Shown in pieces: positions 1 through 10,240 of a DNA stretch of 64,000 bases. The first letter of the stretch is position 1, and each line of letters starts with the position of its first letter. Origin of the DNA: Corynebacterium sp. (GTDB taxonomy: Bacteria; Actinomycetota; Actinomycetes; Mycobacteriales; Mycobacteriaceae); contig JAUMTX010000003.1 in the NCBI GenBank assembly GCA_030530985.1, positions 18,005-82,004 of the forward strand. Direction: 5' to 3'. The notes under the pieces are model-generated. The model was not told where the DNA came from and did no database searches. It saw only the letters and a program-made list of their open reading frames with translations. A program made the translations under genes and the position numbers.

Positions 1-913
1 TTCGCAGCGGCGCTCGTAGACGTGTGGGGCGGCTGGCTCGGTGAAGACATATTCATCGCGGAAGGTCACGCAGCCGGAGTTTTCCATGGCGCCCATATTG
101 TATTCAGGGCAGAAGATCTGGTCGTACTTGCCAAATGGGTAGGCCATGCCAAAGTGCTTGTGGTAGTAGTCGAAGCCCTGGCGGGTCTGTTCAAAGATGA
201 CATCGGCATCCAGCGCATGCGCCACAGACTTGCGGCAGTAGATGCCGAATGGCACGGTCAGTTCGGTTGGCTCACCAGCCGGTGTTTCCGGGTGGTGTGT
301 GAGCGTGCCGCTCCAGGAGGAGCGCACCTCGTGGTATGGGCCAATGCAGAAGGCAACCAGGTAGGTGGAGACGCGGTAGCCGGTGGCACCTTCGTGCACG
401 GTGCCGTCCTCGGAGACGGTCATTTCTGGGTTGGAGATGACGCGCCAGTTGGCTGGGGTGCGTACCTTCATGGAGTAGCTGGCCTTCAAATCCGGCTGGT
501 CAAAGCAGGCGAAGACGCGCTTGGCGTCGGCGGTTTCAAACTGGGTGTACATGTACACTTCATTATCGGCTGGGTCCACATAGCGGTGGAGGCCCTGGCC
601 GGTGCGGGAGTAGAGGCAGCGTGCGCTAATGACCAGCTCATGTGGGCCGGCGCTGAGCGTCAGTGGGATGCCTTCTTCTTCGTGATAGGTCGCTGGGGTG
701 ATGTCTTCATCATCCAGCAAGACGGAGCTCACTTCGGCGGCACGTAGGTCGATAAAGGTGGAGCCATCCGCCTTTGCGGTGAATCGCACAGTGGTGGTGG
801 ATAGGAAGCTTTCCGCATCCCCGGTCACATCAAGGTCGATATGGTAGTTATCAATTTCAAGCAGGGCAGCGCGGGCTTCTGCTTCGATACGTGTTAGATT
901 TGTGGAACTCATA
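1..913 (-). CDS. pepN: Aminopeptidase N (M1 family), N-terminal part only; the gene continues beyond the window start
   Basis: The minus-strand translation from the ATG at 913 reads MSSTNLTRIEAEARAALLEIDNYHIDLD...GAMEN..., carrying the GAMEN exopeptidase motif typical of M1 aminopeptidases. It is not in the ORF track because it runs off the window edge. The + ORF 22..747 is its shadow. Confidence 0.85.
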
Positions 914-938
914 CCCTCTAGGGTACTAGACTGGTTCT

Positions 939-1556
939 ATGTCTGAAAATGTTTCTTTGTATTTTGATGTGTCCTGCCCATTTTGCTGGGTGACAAGCCG
1001 TTGGATTAAGGAAGTCGAGAAGGTTCGTGACGTTAATGTCACCTTTAAGCCTATGAGTCTTGCGGTCTTGAATGATGGCCGTGATATTCCGGCTGATTAT
1101 GCCAAGAAGATGGAGGCTAATTGGGGTCCTGCCCGCGTCTTTGCTGAGGTCGCGGAGCGTTTCCCTGAGAAGGTCGATGAGCTTTATACCGTCATGGGTA
1201 CGAAGATTCACAATAATGACTGGCCTGAGCGTCGCGGTTTTGGCGCTTATAATCCTGTGATTGCGGAGTCCCTCGCCGAGGTTGGCCTGCCAGCGGAGCT
1301 CGCTGATTTTGCTGAGACCGACGCCCATGATGATCGCCTTCGCGCACTGCAGAAGGCCGCCACCGATTTGGTGGGTAATGACGTGGGTACCCCCGTTATC
1401 CAAATCGGCGATGTCGCCTTCTTTGGCCCTGTCATTACCCGTATCCCTCGTGGTGAGGCTGCAGGCGAGCTTTTCGACGCCTCCGTCACTCTCGCCTCCA
1501 ACCCATACTTCTTCGAGCTCAAGCGCTCACGTACTGAGGGCCCACAGTTTAGCTAG
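939..1556 (+). CDS. DsbA-like thioredoxin-fold oxidoreductase with a CPFC active site (mycoredoxin-2/Rv2466c-like)
   Basis: The N-terminal CxxC motif (SCPFCW) and the DsbA-like length fit this family. The position next to pepN matches the mycobacterial Rv2467-Rv2466c arrangement. Confidence 0.7.
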   Translation: MSENVSLYFDVSCPFCWVTSRWIKEVEKVRDVNVTFKPMSLAVLNDGRDIPADYAKKMEANWGPARVFAEVAERFPEKVDELYTVMGTKIHNNDWPERRGFGAYNPVIAESLAEVGLPAELADFAETDAHDDRLRALQKAATDLVGNDVGTPVIQIGDVAFFGPVITRIPRGEAAGELFDASVTLASNPYFFELKRSRTEGPQFS

Positions 1557-1581
1557 TAGTTTTTAACTAGTAGGTTTTTTA

Positions 1582-2373
1582 CTAGCAGCTTTCAAGGACG
1601 CGTTGGATCGCGTCCTTTTCTGCTTGGGTGACCCAGAGGTTATAGCGTGCCTTGACGATAACCTGGTGTTCCACATAGGTGCAGCGGTATTCCTTATTTG
1701 GTGGGAGCCAGGAGGCCGCATCATAGTCGGACTTTTGCTGGTTTGTTGGGCCATCGACCGCAACGAGGTTATCAGGGTCATTGGCGAGTGCGGTGCGGGT
1801 GGCAAAGTCGAGCTGCTGCGCACCGGTCTGCCAGGCATTGGAGAGGGCAACAATGTGGTCGATCTGCACATCGGCCGAGGTGTCCTTACCTCGGGTGAAG
1901 TTAATAATCTTGCCTGTATATGGGTCGTGGAGTACACCGGATTGGACGGTACAACTATTGCGCATGACTTTCTCGGTCAGGTCGCGCTGCAGAATGTCAT
2001 TGCGGGTATCGCAGCCATTATGGCCACCGGCAACATTGACATCATCGGTCCAGGCTTCACCAAATTCGCTGCGGCTATAGCCTGTCTTTGGTGCGCGACC
2101 CTTGACTGGCAGGCTGTCGAGCAAGGCCAGGGTAGAGGAGGCTTGGGCAGTAACAGTGGTGGTGACAACCGGGGTTTCAGTGACTGTTTCGGTTTCGGTC
2201 GAAGTCTCGGTCGAAGTCTCGGTTGGGGTGCCTGCTTCGGAGGAGCTTTCTGGTGCTGCGCTTGGGCTGCTTGAGCTTGTAATTCCGGCGGGGGAGGTGG
2301 CCACATCTGTGTGCCCACAAGCGGCCGCTGCCAGCGCCAATACTGAGTAAAGAGCAAAGTTAATAATACGCAT
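1582..2373 (-). CDS. Secreted lipoprotein with a C-terminal DUF1524/His-Me-finger (HNH-like) nuclease domain
   Basis: A signal peptide with a lipobox (LAAAACG) is followed by a Ser/Thr/Glu-rich low-complexity linker (TETSTETSTETETVTETP). The C-terminal domain carries GHNGCDTRNDIL...IDHIVALSNAW, typical of DUF1524 nucleases. Confidence 0.7.
   Translation of the reverse strand: MRIINFALYSVLALAAAACGHTDVATSPAGITSSSSPSAAPESSSEAGTPTETSTETSTETETVTETPVVTTTVTAQASSTLALLDSLPVKGRAPKTGYSRSEFGEAWTDDVNVAGGHNGCDTRNDILQRDLTEKVMRNSCTVQSGVLHDPYTGKIINFTRGKDTSADVQIDHIVALSNAWQTGAQQLDFATRTALANDPDNLVAVDGPTNQQKSDYDAASWLPPNKEYRCTYVEHQVIVKARYNLWVTQAEKDAIQRVLESC
2197..2220. repeat. Perfect 12-bp tandem duplication (ggtcgaagtctc x2) inside the linker-coding part of the nuclease lipoprotein gene
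   Basis: Seen directly in the sequence. It encodes the TETS repeats and is preceded by a ggtttc ggtttc mini-repeat. Confidence 0.8.
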
Positions 2374-2412
2374 GGTGACTTTAGCCTACCGCATGCATGG
2401 AAATGTAGGGAA

Positions 2413-2895
2413 TTGAGTTATGATAGACGTATGCGTGTATACCTAGGAGCGGACCATGCAGGGTTCGAAACAAAGAATGCCATTGCTGAGCATCTCAAAG
2501 CCCAGGGTCATGAGGTTATTGACTGTGGTGCTCATGAGTATGACGCCAATGATGACTATCCAGCCTACTGCATTGAGGCTGCTACCCGAGTAGTCAATGA
2601 TCCAGGTTCCTTGGGCATTGTTCTCGGTGGTTCTGGTAATGGTGAGCAGATTGCCGCTAATAAGGTCAAGGGTGCACGTTGTGCTTTGGCTTGGTCTGTG
2701 GAGACCGCAAAGCTGGCACGCGAGCACAATAATGCTCAGTTGATTGGTCTTGGTGGCCGTATGCACTCCGAGGAGGAGGCTTTGGCTATTGTTGATGCCT
2801 TTATTTCTGAGGCATGGAGCAATGAGGAGCGCCACCAGCGTCGTATCGACATTCTCTCCGAGTATGAGAAGACTGGTATTGCCCCAGCTATCTAA
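2413..2895 (+). CDS. rpiB: Ribose-5-phosphate isomerase B
   Basis: MRVYLGADHAGFE...GSGNGEQIAANKV is the RpiB/LacAB signature. The start is either TTG at 2413 or ATG at 2431. Confidence 0.9.
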   Translation: MSYDRRMRVYLGADHAGFETKNAIAEHLKAQGHEVIDCGAHEYDANDDYPAYCIEAATRVVNDPGSLGIVLGGSGNGEQIAANKVKGARCALAWSVETAKLAREHNNAQLIGLGGRMHSEEEALAIVDAFISEAWSNEERHQRRIDILSEYEKTGIAPAI

Positions 2896-2983
2896 TTCTC
2901 TTCTACACATATAAACAGAGTGGCTACCTACTAAGTAGGTAGCCACTCTTTGCGGTTGGAAGTGGATATGCGGGGTTTGGACT

Positions 2984-3199
2984 TTAGGAAGAAGCAGCCT
3001 TCTTGCGCTCCTCGATCCAATCGAGGACTTCGTCCGAATCCCACAGAGTCAAGCCATGAAGCTTAGCGACCGGCTTTGGGGCACGGCCACGGCCAGCATA
3101 GGAGGTGAAAGTACCACGTGCAGTGCCAGAGCGCTGTGCACATTCAATGGCGGTCCAGAGTTCCTTACCGGTTTCGGAGTTAATAATCTTTGGGTTCAT
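2984..3199 (-). CDS. Small AlpA/excisionase-family (MerR-like) helix-turn-helix DNA-binding protein
   Basis: A 71-aa protein whose C-terminal motif RGRAPKPVAKLHGLTLWDSDEVLDWIE matches the AlpA/Xis pattern (P-K-P-V...W...EV..WI). The RBS is weak. Confidence 0.55.
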   Translation of the reverse strand: MNPKIINSETGKELWTAIECAQRSGTARGTFTSYAGRGRAPKPVAKLHGLTLWDSDEVLDWIEERKKAASS

Positions 3200-3503
3200 G
3201 ATTGAAATGCTAACTCGCCTTTCTTGAGAAAGTTGACAAACTACCTTAGAGTTACCTGAAATGTTCTATCAAATTAGATACATGCTGGTCAGCGGAAGAT
3301 TGCCTAAAGATGTGGTTGGTTTCGCGATATAGATTAGCAGATCTGCGGGTAAAATGCTAATCCAACAATAAAATGCGATTAATCCGATAGGTAATTTGCT
3401 ACCTGACGTGGACTTTTTGCCGAATCAGCCCCATATGGTATAGTCTTTGCTTGTTGCTTATAGCTTGTAACTTTGAGCTTATTGCTTATGGCAGCGCATA
3501 TAG

Positions 3504-3575
3504 GGGAACGTCGTATAGTGGCTAATACCTCAGCCTTCCAAGCTGAAGACGCGGGTTCGATTCCCGTCGTTCCCT
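3504..3575 (+). tRNA. tRNA-Gly (anticodon TCC)
   Basis: A manual cloverleaf fold gives acceptor GGGAACG/CGTTCCC, D-stem GTAT/ATAC, anticodon stem TCAGC/GCTGA with loop CTTCCAA, and T-arm GCGGG-TTCGATT-CCCGT, total 72 nt. A TATAGT -10-like box lies upstream. Confidence 0.9.
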
Positions 3576-3658
3576 CCGCCTGGTCGTGTACCGGATGAAA
3601 GTTGAACACTCTCTTCCGTACACGGCCTTTTTGTATATCAGACTCAATATATAAATGA

Positions 3659-3708
3659 CCCGGCCGGGGACTATGCGTCCTATCCGGCCGGGCCGCCCCT
3701 TCGGTTTT
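3659..3708. terminator. GC-rich hairpin (CCCGGCCGG...CCGGCCGGG, 9-bp stem) followed by a T-tract; probably a bidirectional terminator
   Basis: The inverted repeat is seen directly. It lies downstream of tRNA-Gly (+) and downstream of the small minus-strand ORF 3707..3862. Confidence 0.5.
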
Positions 3709-3862
3709 ACTTCTGTAGCTCTGCTAGCAAGAAGATAAGTGCGAAGGAGAATGCGGCGATCATGCAGATGCCAGCAACTGGAATATAACCAAAGACTGCG
3801 AGAACAACGCCGATCACCAGTGAAATTACGAGGCCACTGAAGCCGACACGTTCGGTGGTCAT
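3707..3862 (-). CDS. Small hydrophobic membrane protein (51 aa), not in the ORF track
   Basis: The minus-strand ATG at 3862 has a good RBS (AAGGAAG at -6). The translation is MTTERVGFSGLVISLVIGVVLAVFGYIPVAGICMIAAFSFALIFLLAELQK, giving two predicted TM helices. Confidence 0.4.
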   Translation of the reverse strand: MTTERVGFSGLVISLVIGVVLAVFGYIPVAGICMIAAFSFALIFLLAELQK

Positions 3863-4179
3863 TGTTTGCTTCCTTTCTGTTGGGGGTTAATAAATTGAGG
3901 TCTGTACTTGTCTTTATTTTAGCAATAACTAGGGCGTGGTAGCAATAGTATTGCCGATGTATTTTAATATGCTGACCTGCAGTTTCTGTGCAAAATTGCG
4001 CGGCTTCAGGAAGGCGCTTGGGCTCGTGGTATGGGGGCTCGCGCAATGTAAACTATGATTCGACACTATATTGAGTCGTTTAGGCTCAGATTTATTGGTC
4101 TACGTGGGGATTAGGTGAAAATTCTAGTCTCGTGTATAGTTATTTTCTGTTGCTAAGAGCGAATAAAGTTCACAGCAAA

Positions 4180-4253
4180 CGGGGCGTGGCGCAGTTTGGT
4201 AGCGCACCTGCTTTGGGAGCAGGGGGTCGCAGGTTCAAATCCTGTCGCCCCGA
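4180..4253 (+). tRNA. tRNA-Pro (anticodon TGG)
   Basis: The fold has acceptor CGGGGCG/CGCCCCG, D-stem GCGC/GCGC, anticodon stem CCTGC/GCAGG with loop TTTGGGA, and T-arm GCAGG-TTCAAAT-CCTGT, total 74 nt. Confidence 0.9.
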
Positions 4254-4375
4254 CGGACAATGGCCGTCGCAATACCTTCTTAGGAAGGGGCGGCGGTCAT
4301 TCTCATATGTTCAGTTCGTTACGTCCGGACTGGTCAGTAACTTGAAATTTCGATGGATTCAGGAGAATTTAGCTC

Positions 4376-5722
4376 GTGAAGAGTTCTGTAGATCGTCTAG
4401 ACGACACCACTGTTAAGGTAGCCATTGAGGTTCCATTCTCTGAGATGGAGCCTGAATTCGACAAGGCCTATAAGGAAATCGCCAAGCAGATCAATGTCCC
4501 AGGTTTCCGCCGTGGCAAGGCACCTCGCAAGGTTGTTGAGTCCCGCGTTTCCCGCGAGTATGTTTTGGGCGATGTCTTCAACGAGGCTATCCCATCCCGC
4601 CTGAACTCCGTATTGGAAGAGGAGAAGCTCAAGCTTCTCGGTACTCCATCCATCGAGGTCACCAGCGCAGCTGACGCTGACCCATTGGCTTTCGAGGCTA
4701 CTTTCTCTGTTAGCCCAGAGTTCACCGTTCCAGATTTCTCCAAGATCTCCGTTGAGGTTGACCCAATCGAGGTAACCGACGAGGCTATCGACGAAGAGAT
4801 CGAGAAGCTCCGCGTTCGCTTCTCCACCCTCAAGGACGTTAAGCGTAAGGCTAAGAAGGACGATGTTGTTACCTTCAACGTCAAGGTAGAGGTCGAGGGC
4901 AAGGAAATCCCTGAGGCTGCTGCTGAGGGCCTGACCCACACCATCGGCTCCGAGATTGAAATGATCGAAGGCCTGGACAAGGCTGTTAAGGGCCTCCACG
5001 CTGATGAGTCCGCTACCTTCGAGGCTCCAGTTCCAATGGCTGAGGGCAAGACCGGCACCGTGACCGTTGACGTCACCGCTGTTAAGGGTCGTCAGCTTCC
5101 TGAGGTTGACGAGGAGTTCGTACAGGAAGCTTCCGAGTTCGACACCGTTGAAGAGCTGCGCGAGGGTCTCAAGTCCCAGCTCGAGGATGCTGCTAAGTCC
5201 CAGCAGGCTGTTGCTCTGCGTGACGCTGTTCTCGAGAAGGCTTTCGAGGCTGCTGCATTCCCAATCCCAACCCGCTATGTTGATGAGCAGGTTCAGAACC
5301 AGATCGACAATATGGCTCGCCAGTTCGGTGGCGAAGCTGGTCTGGCTGAGGTCATGAAGATGCAGAACACCACTCTCGACGAGTACAAGAAGACCCTGGA
5401 AGAGCAGTTCACCCAGACTGTTCGCACCCAGATTCTTCTCGACGCTGTCGCTGATCTCGACGAGCCAACCGTGACCAATGATGATGTCAACGAGCACCTC
5501 ATGTTCACCGCTTCTTCCTATGGCATGGACCCACAGACCCTCCTGAACCAGTTGGCTCAGGCTGGTCAGCTGCCAAGCCTCTTCCAGGACGTTCGTCGTG
5601 GCAAGGCTCTCGCCGCTTCCATCTGCAAGGTATCCGCTAAGGACACCGCTGGTAATGTCATCGACACCACCGAGTATTTCGGTGAAGAGTCTGAGGCTGA
5701 AGCCGAGACCGAAGAGAAGTAA
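4376..5722 (+). CDS. tig: Trigger factor
   Basis: There is a GTG start with an AGGAGA RBS. The N-terminus MKSSVDRLDDTTVKVAIEVP and an FKBP-type PPIase middle domain are present, with an acidic C-terminal tail typical of actinobacterial Tig. Confidence 0.9.
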   Translation: MKSSVDRLDDTTVKVAIEVPFSEMEPEFDKAYKEIAKQINVPGFRRGKAPRKVVESRVSREYVLGDVFNEAIPSRLNSVLEEEKLKLLGTPSIEVTSAADADPLAFEATFSVSPEFTVPDFSKISVEVDPIEVTDEAIDEEIEKLRVRFSTLKDVKRKAKKDDVVTFNVKVEVEGKEIPEAAAEGLTHTIGSEIEMIEGLDKAVKGLHADESATFEAPVPMAEGKTGTVTVDVTAVKGRQLPEVDEEFVQEASEFDTVEELREGLKSQLEDAAKSQQAVALRDAVLEKAFEAAAFPIPTRYVDEQVQNQIDNMARQFGGEAGLAEVMKMQNTTLDEYKKTLEEQFTQTVRTQILLDAVADLDEPTVTNDDVNEHLMFTASSYGMDPQTLLNQLAQAGQLPSLFQDVRRGKALAASICKVSAKDTAGNVIDTTEYFGEESEAEAETEEK

Positions 5723-5741
5723 ATAGACTTTCTTTTCAGCG

Positions 5742-5768
5742 AATCCCCACCGCTTGGTGGGGATTTTT
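5742..5768 (+). terminator. Rho-independent terminator after tig (AATCCCCACC-gctt-GGTGGGGATT + TTTT)
   Basis: A perfect 10-bp stem with a tetraloop and a T-tract. Confidence 0.8.
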
Positions 5769-5851
5769 CGCTATAAGCGAACATTGATGCCAAGCCCGTC
5801 TGGGGCGGGTATTCTAGTGAGAAAGCACTTAGTCAGTAAGGATATTCACTA

Positions 5852-6433
5852 ATGGATAAAAATCTAATGGCCTCCGGGGCCGGCGCAGGTCTGAACCTGT
5901 CCGACTCTGTATACGAGCGTCTCCTTCGTGAGCGCATTATCTTCCTGGGTAGCCAGGTGGACGATGAGATCGCTAATAAGCTCTGCGCGCAGATTCTGCT
6001 TCTGAGCGCTGAGGATCCAACGAAGGACATTCACCTCTATATCAACTCCCCAGGTGGTTCCGTGACCGCTGGTATGGCCATCTACGACACCATGAAGTAC
6101 AGCCCTTGTGATGTGGCCACCTATGCCATGGGTCTTGCTGCTTCCATGGGTCAGTTCCTGCTCTCCGCAGGCACCAAGGGCAAGCGCTACGCTCTGCCTC
6201 ACGCCCGTATTATGATGCACCAGCCTTCCGCTGGTGTTGGCGGTACTGCTTCCGATATTGCTATTCAGGCTGAGACCTTCGCCCACACCAAGCGCGAAAT
6301 GGCTGAGCTGATTGCAGAGCACACCGGCCAGACCGTTGAGCAGATCACCAAGGATTCCGACCGCGACCGCTGGTTCACCGCCCAGCAGGCACTCGAGTAC
6401 GGTTTCGTCGACAAGGTAATTGAAGGGAAATAA
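5852..6433 (+). CDS. clpP1: ATP-dependent Clp protease proteolytic subunit 1
   Basis: The [19 protein letters not shown] and MGQ..LL.AG..GKR motifs are present. It is the first of a tandem clpP pair, as in actinobacteria. Confidence 0.9.
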   Translation: MDKNLMASGAGAGLNLSDSVYERLLRERIIFLGSQVDDEIANKLCAQILLLSAEDPTKDIHLYINSPGGSVTAGMAIYDTMKYSPCDVATYAMGLAASMGQFLLSAGTKGKRYALPHARIMMHQPSAGVGGTASDIAIQAETFAHTKREMAELIAEHTGQTVEQITKDSDRDRWFTAQQALEYGFVDKVIEGK

Positions 6434-6436
6434 GCA

Positions 6437-7054
6437 ATGGAAATGCCTTCCTCCCGTTATATTCTTCCAAGTTTCGTTGAGCAGTCTGCTTTCGGCGCTA
6501 AGGAATCTAACCCATATAACAAGCTCTTTGAAGAGCGCATTATCTTCCTGGGCACCCAGGTTGACGATGCTTCCGCCAATGACATTATGGCGCAGCTTCT
6601 CGTTCTCGAGGGTCTCGACCCAGAGCGCGATATCACCATGTACATCAACTCTCCTGGTGGTTCCTTCACCAGCCTGATGGCCATCTATGACACCATGCAG
6701 TATGTGCGCCCAGACGTACAGACCGTCTGCCTCGGCCAGGCCGCTTCGGCCGCCGCCGTGCTTTTGGCTGCTGGCGCCCCAGGTAAGCGTGCCGCTCTGC
6801 CTAATGCACGTGTGCTGATTCACCAGCCACGTACCGGCGGCATGCAGGGCCAGGTTTCCGATCTGGAAATCCAGGCTCGTGAAATTGAGCGTATGCGTAC
6901 CCTGATGGAAGACACCCTTGCTTTCCACACAGGCAAGACCTCCGAGCAGGTTCGTCTCGATACCGATCGTGATAAGATTCTTACAGCCCAGGAGGCTGTA
7001 GAATATGGTCTTATCGACCAGGTCTTTGACTATCGCAAGCGCGAACGCAACTAA
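6437..7054 (+). CDS. clpP2: ATP-dependent Clp protease proteolytic subunit 2
   Basis: [19 protein letters not shown] identifies the second ClpP paralog. Confidence 0.9.
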   Translation: MEMPSSRYILPSFVEQSAFGAKESNPYNKLFEERIIFLGTQVDDASANDIMAQLLVLEGLDPERDITMYINSPGGSFTSLMAIYDTMQYVRPDVQTVCLGQAASAAAVLLAAGAPGKRAALPNARVLIHQPRTGGMQGQVSDLEIQAREIERMRTLMEDTLAFHTGKTSEQVRLDTDRDKILTAQEAVEYGLIDQVFDYRKRERN

Positions 7055-7071
7055 CTTTTAGTGGAAGAAGA

Positions 7072-8337
7072 ATGGCAAAAATACAAGACGGTTTTGATGG
7101 CTTGAAGTGCTCTTTCTGTCAGAAGAGCCGCAGTCAGGTTGAGCGCCTCATTCATGGCAATGGCGTGTATATCTGTACTGATTGTATCGAGCTGTGCAAT
7201 GCGCTGATTGCTAGCGAGCAGCAGGCAGATGGGGATAGCAAGGCGATCAATGACGGTCTGCCTAAGCCAACGGAGATCCATGACTTCCTCGATGAGTATG
7301 TCATTGGTCAGGAGGATGCCAAGCGTGTCCTCTCCGTGGCTGTGTATAACCACTACAAGCGCATTCGTGCCGTAGACCAGAAGAGCTTGGGCCCTGAGGC
7401 TGCAGAGATCGAATTGGATAAGTCCAATATTCTGCTTCTTGGCCCAACCGGTTCGGGTAAGACCTATCTTGCCCAGACTCTGGCTAAGCGTCTCGATGTT
7501 CCTTTTGCCATTGCTGATGCGACCTCTCTGACCGAGGCCGGCTATGTGGGTGAGGATGTGGAGAATATTCTTCTGCGCCTCATCCAGGCTGCTGATTTTG
7601 ATATTCAGCGTGCACAGCGCGGCATTATCTATATCGACGAGATTGATAAGATTGCCCGCAAGTCGGAGAACCCATCCATTACCCGCGATGTTTCCGGTGA
7701 GGGTGTGCAGCAGGCTCTTCTGAAGATTCTTGAGGGCACTGTTGCGGCGGTTCCACCACAGGGTGGCCGTAAGCATCCAAACCAGGAACTCATCAATATC
7801 GACACCTCCAATATTCTCTTTATTGCCGCTGGTGCTTTCGCTGGCCTGGATAAGGTCATTGAGGCCCGCATGGGCAAGGGAAGCTTGGGCTTTGGCAATG
7901 AGATTGGCAGCACCGCAGATATTTCTGATATTTATGCGGAGGCCCGTCCTGAGGATTTGGTGAAGTTCGGGTTGATCCCTGAATTCATTGGCCGTCTGCC
8001 TATTGTGGCTTCGGTTAAGGATTTGGATATTGAATCCATGGTCAAGGTTTTGACTGAGCCAAAGAACTCTCTGGTCCGCCAGTACAAGCTGCTTTTGCAG
8101 ATGGATGGCATTGAGTTGAGCTTCCAGGATGATGCCCTTGAGGCTATTGCCGAGAAGGCTCTGGAGCGCAAGACTGGTGCCCGTGGCCTGCGCGCCATTA
8201 TGGAGGAGATTCTCAATCCTCTCATGTACTCGCTGCCTAGCCGCGATGATGTTGCTGAGGTTATTATCACCGCAGAATGTGTTCGTGGTGAGGGTGAGCC
8301 AATTTTGGTCAACCACCCAGTTGATACCTCTGCCTAG
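7072..8337 (+). CDS. clpX: ATP-dependent Clp protease ATP-binding subunit ClpX
   Basis: The N-terminus carries the C4 zinc finger (CSFCQK...CTDC). The Walker A motif GPTGSGKT is present, and the length is typical. Confidence 0.9.
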   Translation: MAKIQDGFDGLKCSFCQKSRSQVERLIHGNGVYICTDCIELCNALIASEQQADGDSKAINDGLPKPTEIHDFLDEYVIGQEDAKRVLSVAVYNHYKRIRAVDQKSLGPEAAEIELDKSNILLLGPTGSGKTYLAQTLAKRLDVPFAIADATSLTEAGYVGEDVENILLRLIQAADFDIQRAQRGIIYIDEIDKIARKSENPSITRDVSGEGVQQALLKILEGTVAAVPPQGGRKHPNQELINIDTSNILFIAAGAFAGLDKVIEARMGKGSLGFGNEIGSTADISDIYAEARPEDLVKFGLIPEFIGRLPIVASVKDLDIESMVKVLTEPKNSLVRQYKLLLQMDGIELSFQDDALEAIAEKALERKTGARGLRAIMEEILNPLMYSLPSRDDVAEVIITAECVRGEGEPILVNHPVDTSA

Positions 8338-8364
8338 TATGCAGATTCGGTCTTAGGACCGCAT

Positions 8365-8400
8365 GAAAAAACGGAGCCCTCGGGCTCCGTTTTCTTTGTT
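8365..8400. terminator. Bidirectional rho-independent terminator (A-tract, ACGGAGCCC-tcg-GGGCTCCGT, T-tract) between clpX and the convergent TetR gene
   Basis: Seen directly in the sequence. Confidence 0.8.
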
Positions 8401-8412
8401 TGTGGGGTATTT

Positions 8413-9123
8413 CTAGTCGTAGATATTATCTTGCTCGTAGAGGGCTGGCATGGAGTCGTTCTTAAACTCGCCCTGCAGGTAGCTCATCTGGCCATTGCTC
8501 TCAATATTGGCAGTGAGGAAGGCCAGAACGGCATCAATGACTAGCTGCTTCAAACCAGCAAGGTTTTGCTTGGAGTGAAGGTCGGTGCCATAGAGGTTCT
8601 TAAAGGTTGCGCGGCCACCCAGGCGCAGCAGGCAGAGGGAATTAATCAGTGCATAGACATCCAGGGCACTAATGCCAGGGCGGAAGGCACCGGCATCCTG
8701 ACCAACCATGAGGATCCTATCGGTCTGCAGTAGGATATTGGATTGGTCGGCCAGTGGGGGAGCGTAGAGCATGGAGACATCCCCAAAGATATTTTCCAGC
8801 GTCAGTAGGCGAAGGGCCTTGGGGTGCGCCGCCATCTGATCGTAGATAGCGGAGACAACAGCACGGATACCCTCAGCCGGAACGACCGAGTCGGTAATCA
8901 TCTTATCCGGGGTAGGGCGCAGCTGTTCAATAGCCAATTGGAGGGCACGAGTGTAGAGGCCCTTTTTATCGCCAAAGTGGTAGTGGATCATTCGCTTTGA
9001 CATGCCGGACTCGTGGGCGATGGTATCCAGACGAGTTTCGGAATAGCCATTGCGACCAAAAACCTCAAGTGCGACGTTAATCACATTCTCGACGCCGGGG
9101 TCGCTGCTCATGGGCATGCTCAT
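8413..9123 (-). CDS. TetR-family transcriptional regulator
   Basis: The N-terminal HTH region reads ...GYSETRLDTIAHESGMSKRMIHYHFGDKKGLY. The start is taken at the ATG preceded by the AAAGGA RBS; the ORF track extends to a TTG at 9150. Confidence 0.75.
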   Translation of the reverse strand: MSMPMSSDPGVENVINVALEVFGRNGYSETRLDTIAHESGMSKRMIHYHFGDKKGLYTRALQLAIEQLRPTPDKMITDSVVPAEGIRAVVSAIYDQMAAHPKALRLLTLENIFGDVSMLYAPPLADQSNILLQTDRILMVGQDAGAFRPGISALDVYALINSLCLLRLGGRATFKNLYGTDLHSKQNLAGLKQLVIDAVLAFLTANIESNGQMSYLQGEFKNDSMPALYEQDNIYD

Positions 9124-9190
9124 CGGTATTCCTTTCGGTGGGTTCCTCAAAACCGATATTCTTACTACTAGTTTTCCCTAAAATTTCTGA

Positions 9191-10207
<1,017 letters not shown>

Positions 10208-10240
10208 AAGGGTCGCCCATTCTTAGGTAAGATAGACGTT

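Noticed and set aside
22-747. 241-aa + strand ORF at the window start
   Set aside because: It lies entirely inside, and antisense to, the partial pepN gene, which has a clear M1-peptidase GAMEN motif on the minus strand. It is a typical high-GC shadow ORF.
3522-4046. 174-aa minus-strand ORF spanning the tRNA-Gly region
   Set aside because: It overlaps the tRNA-Gly gene and the AT-rich spacers, and has no RBS or coherent composition. It is non-coding.
4397-5497. Group of long minus-strand ORFs antisense to core genes (4397-5497, 5864-6928, 7051-8316, 10289-12181, 12985-14412, 17020-18711, 20244-21620, 22720-23904, 30611-32488, 36965-38110, 41206-42864, 48970-49719)
   Set aside because: Each is fully nested antisense within a well-supported conserved gene (tig, clpP1/P2, clpX, valS, folC, rne, obg, proA, lepA, BCCT, metG, ksgA). 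Their low-complexity translations are typical of GC-rich frame artefacts.
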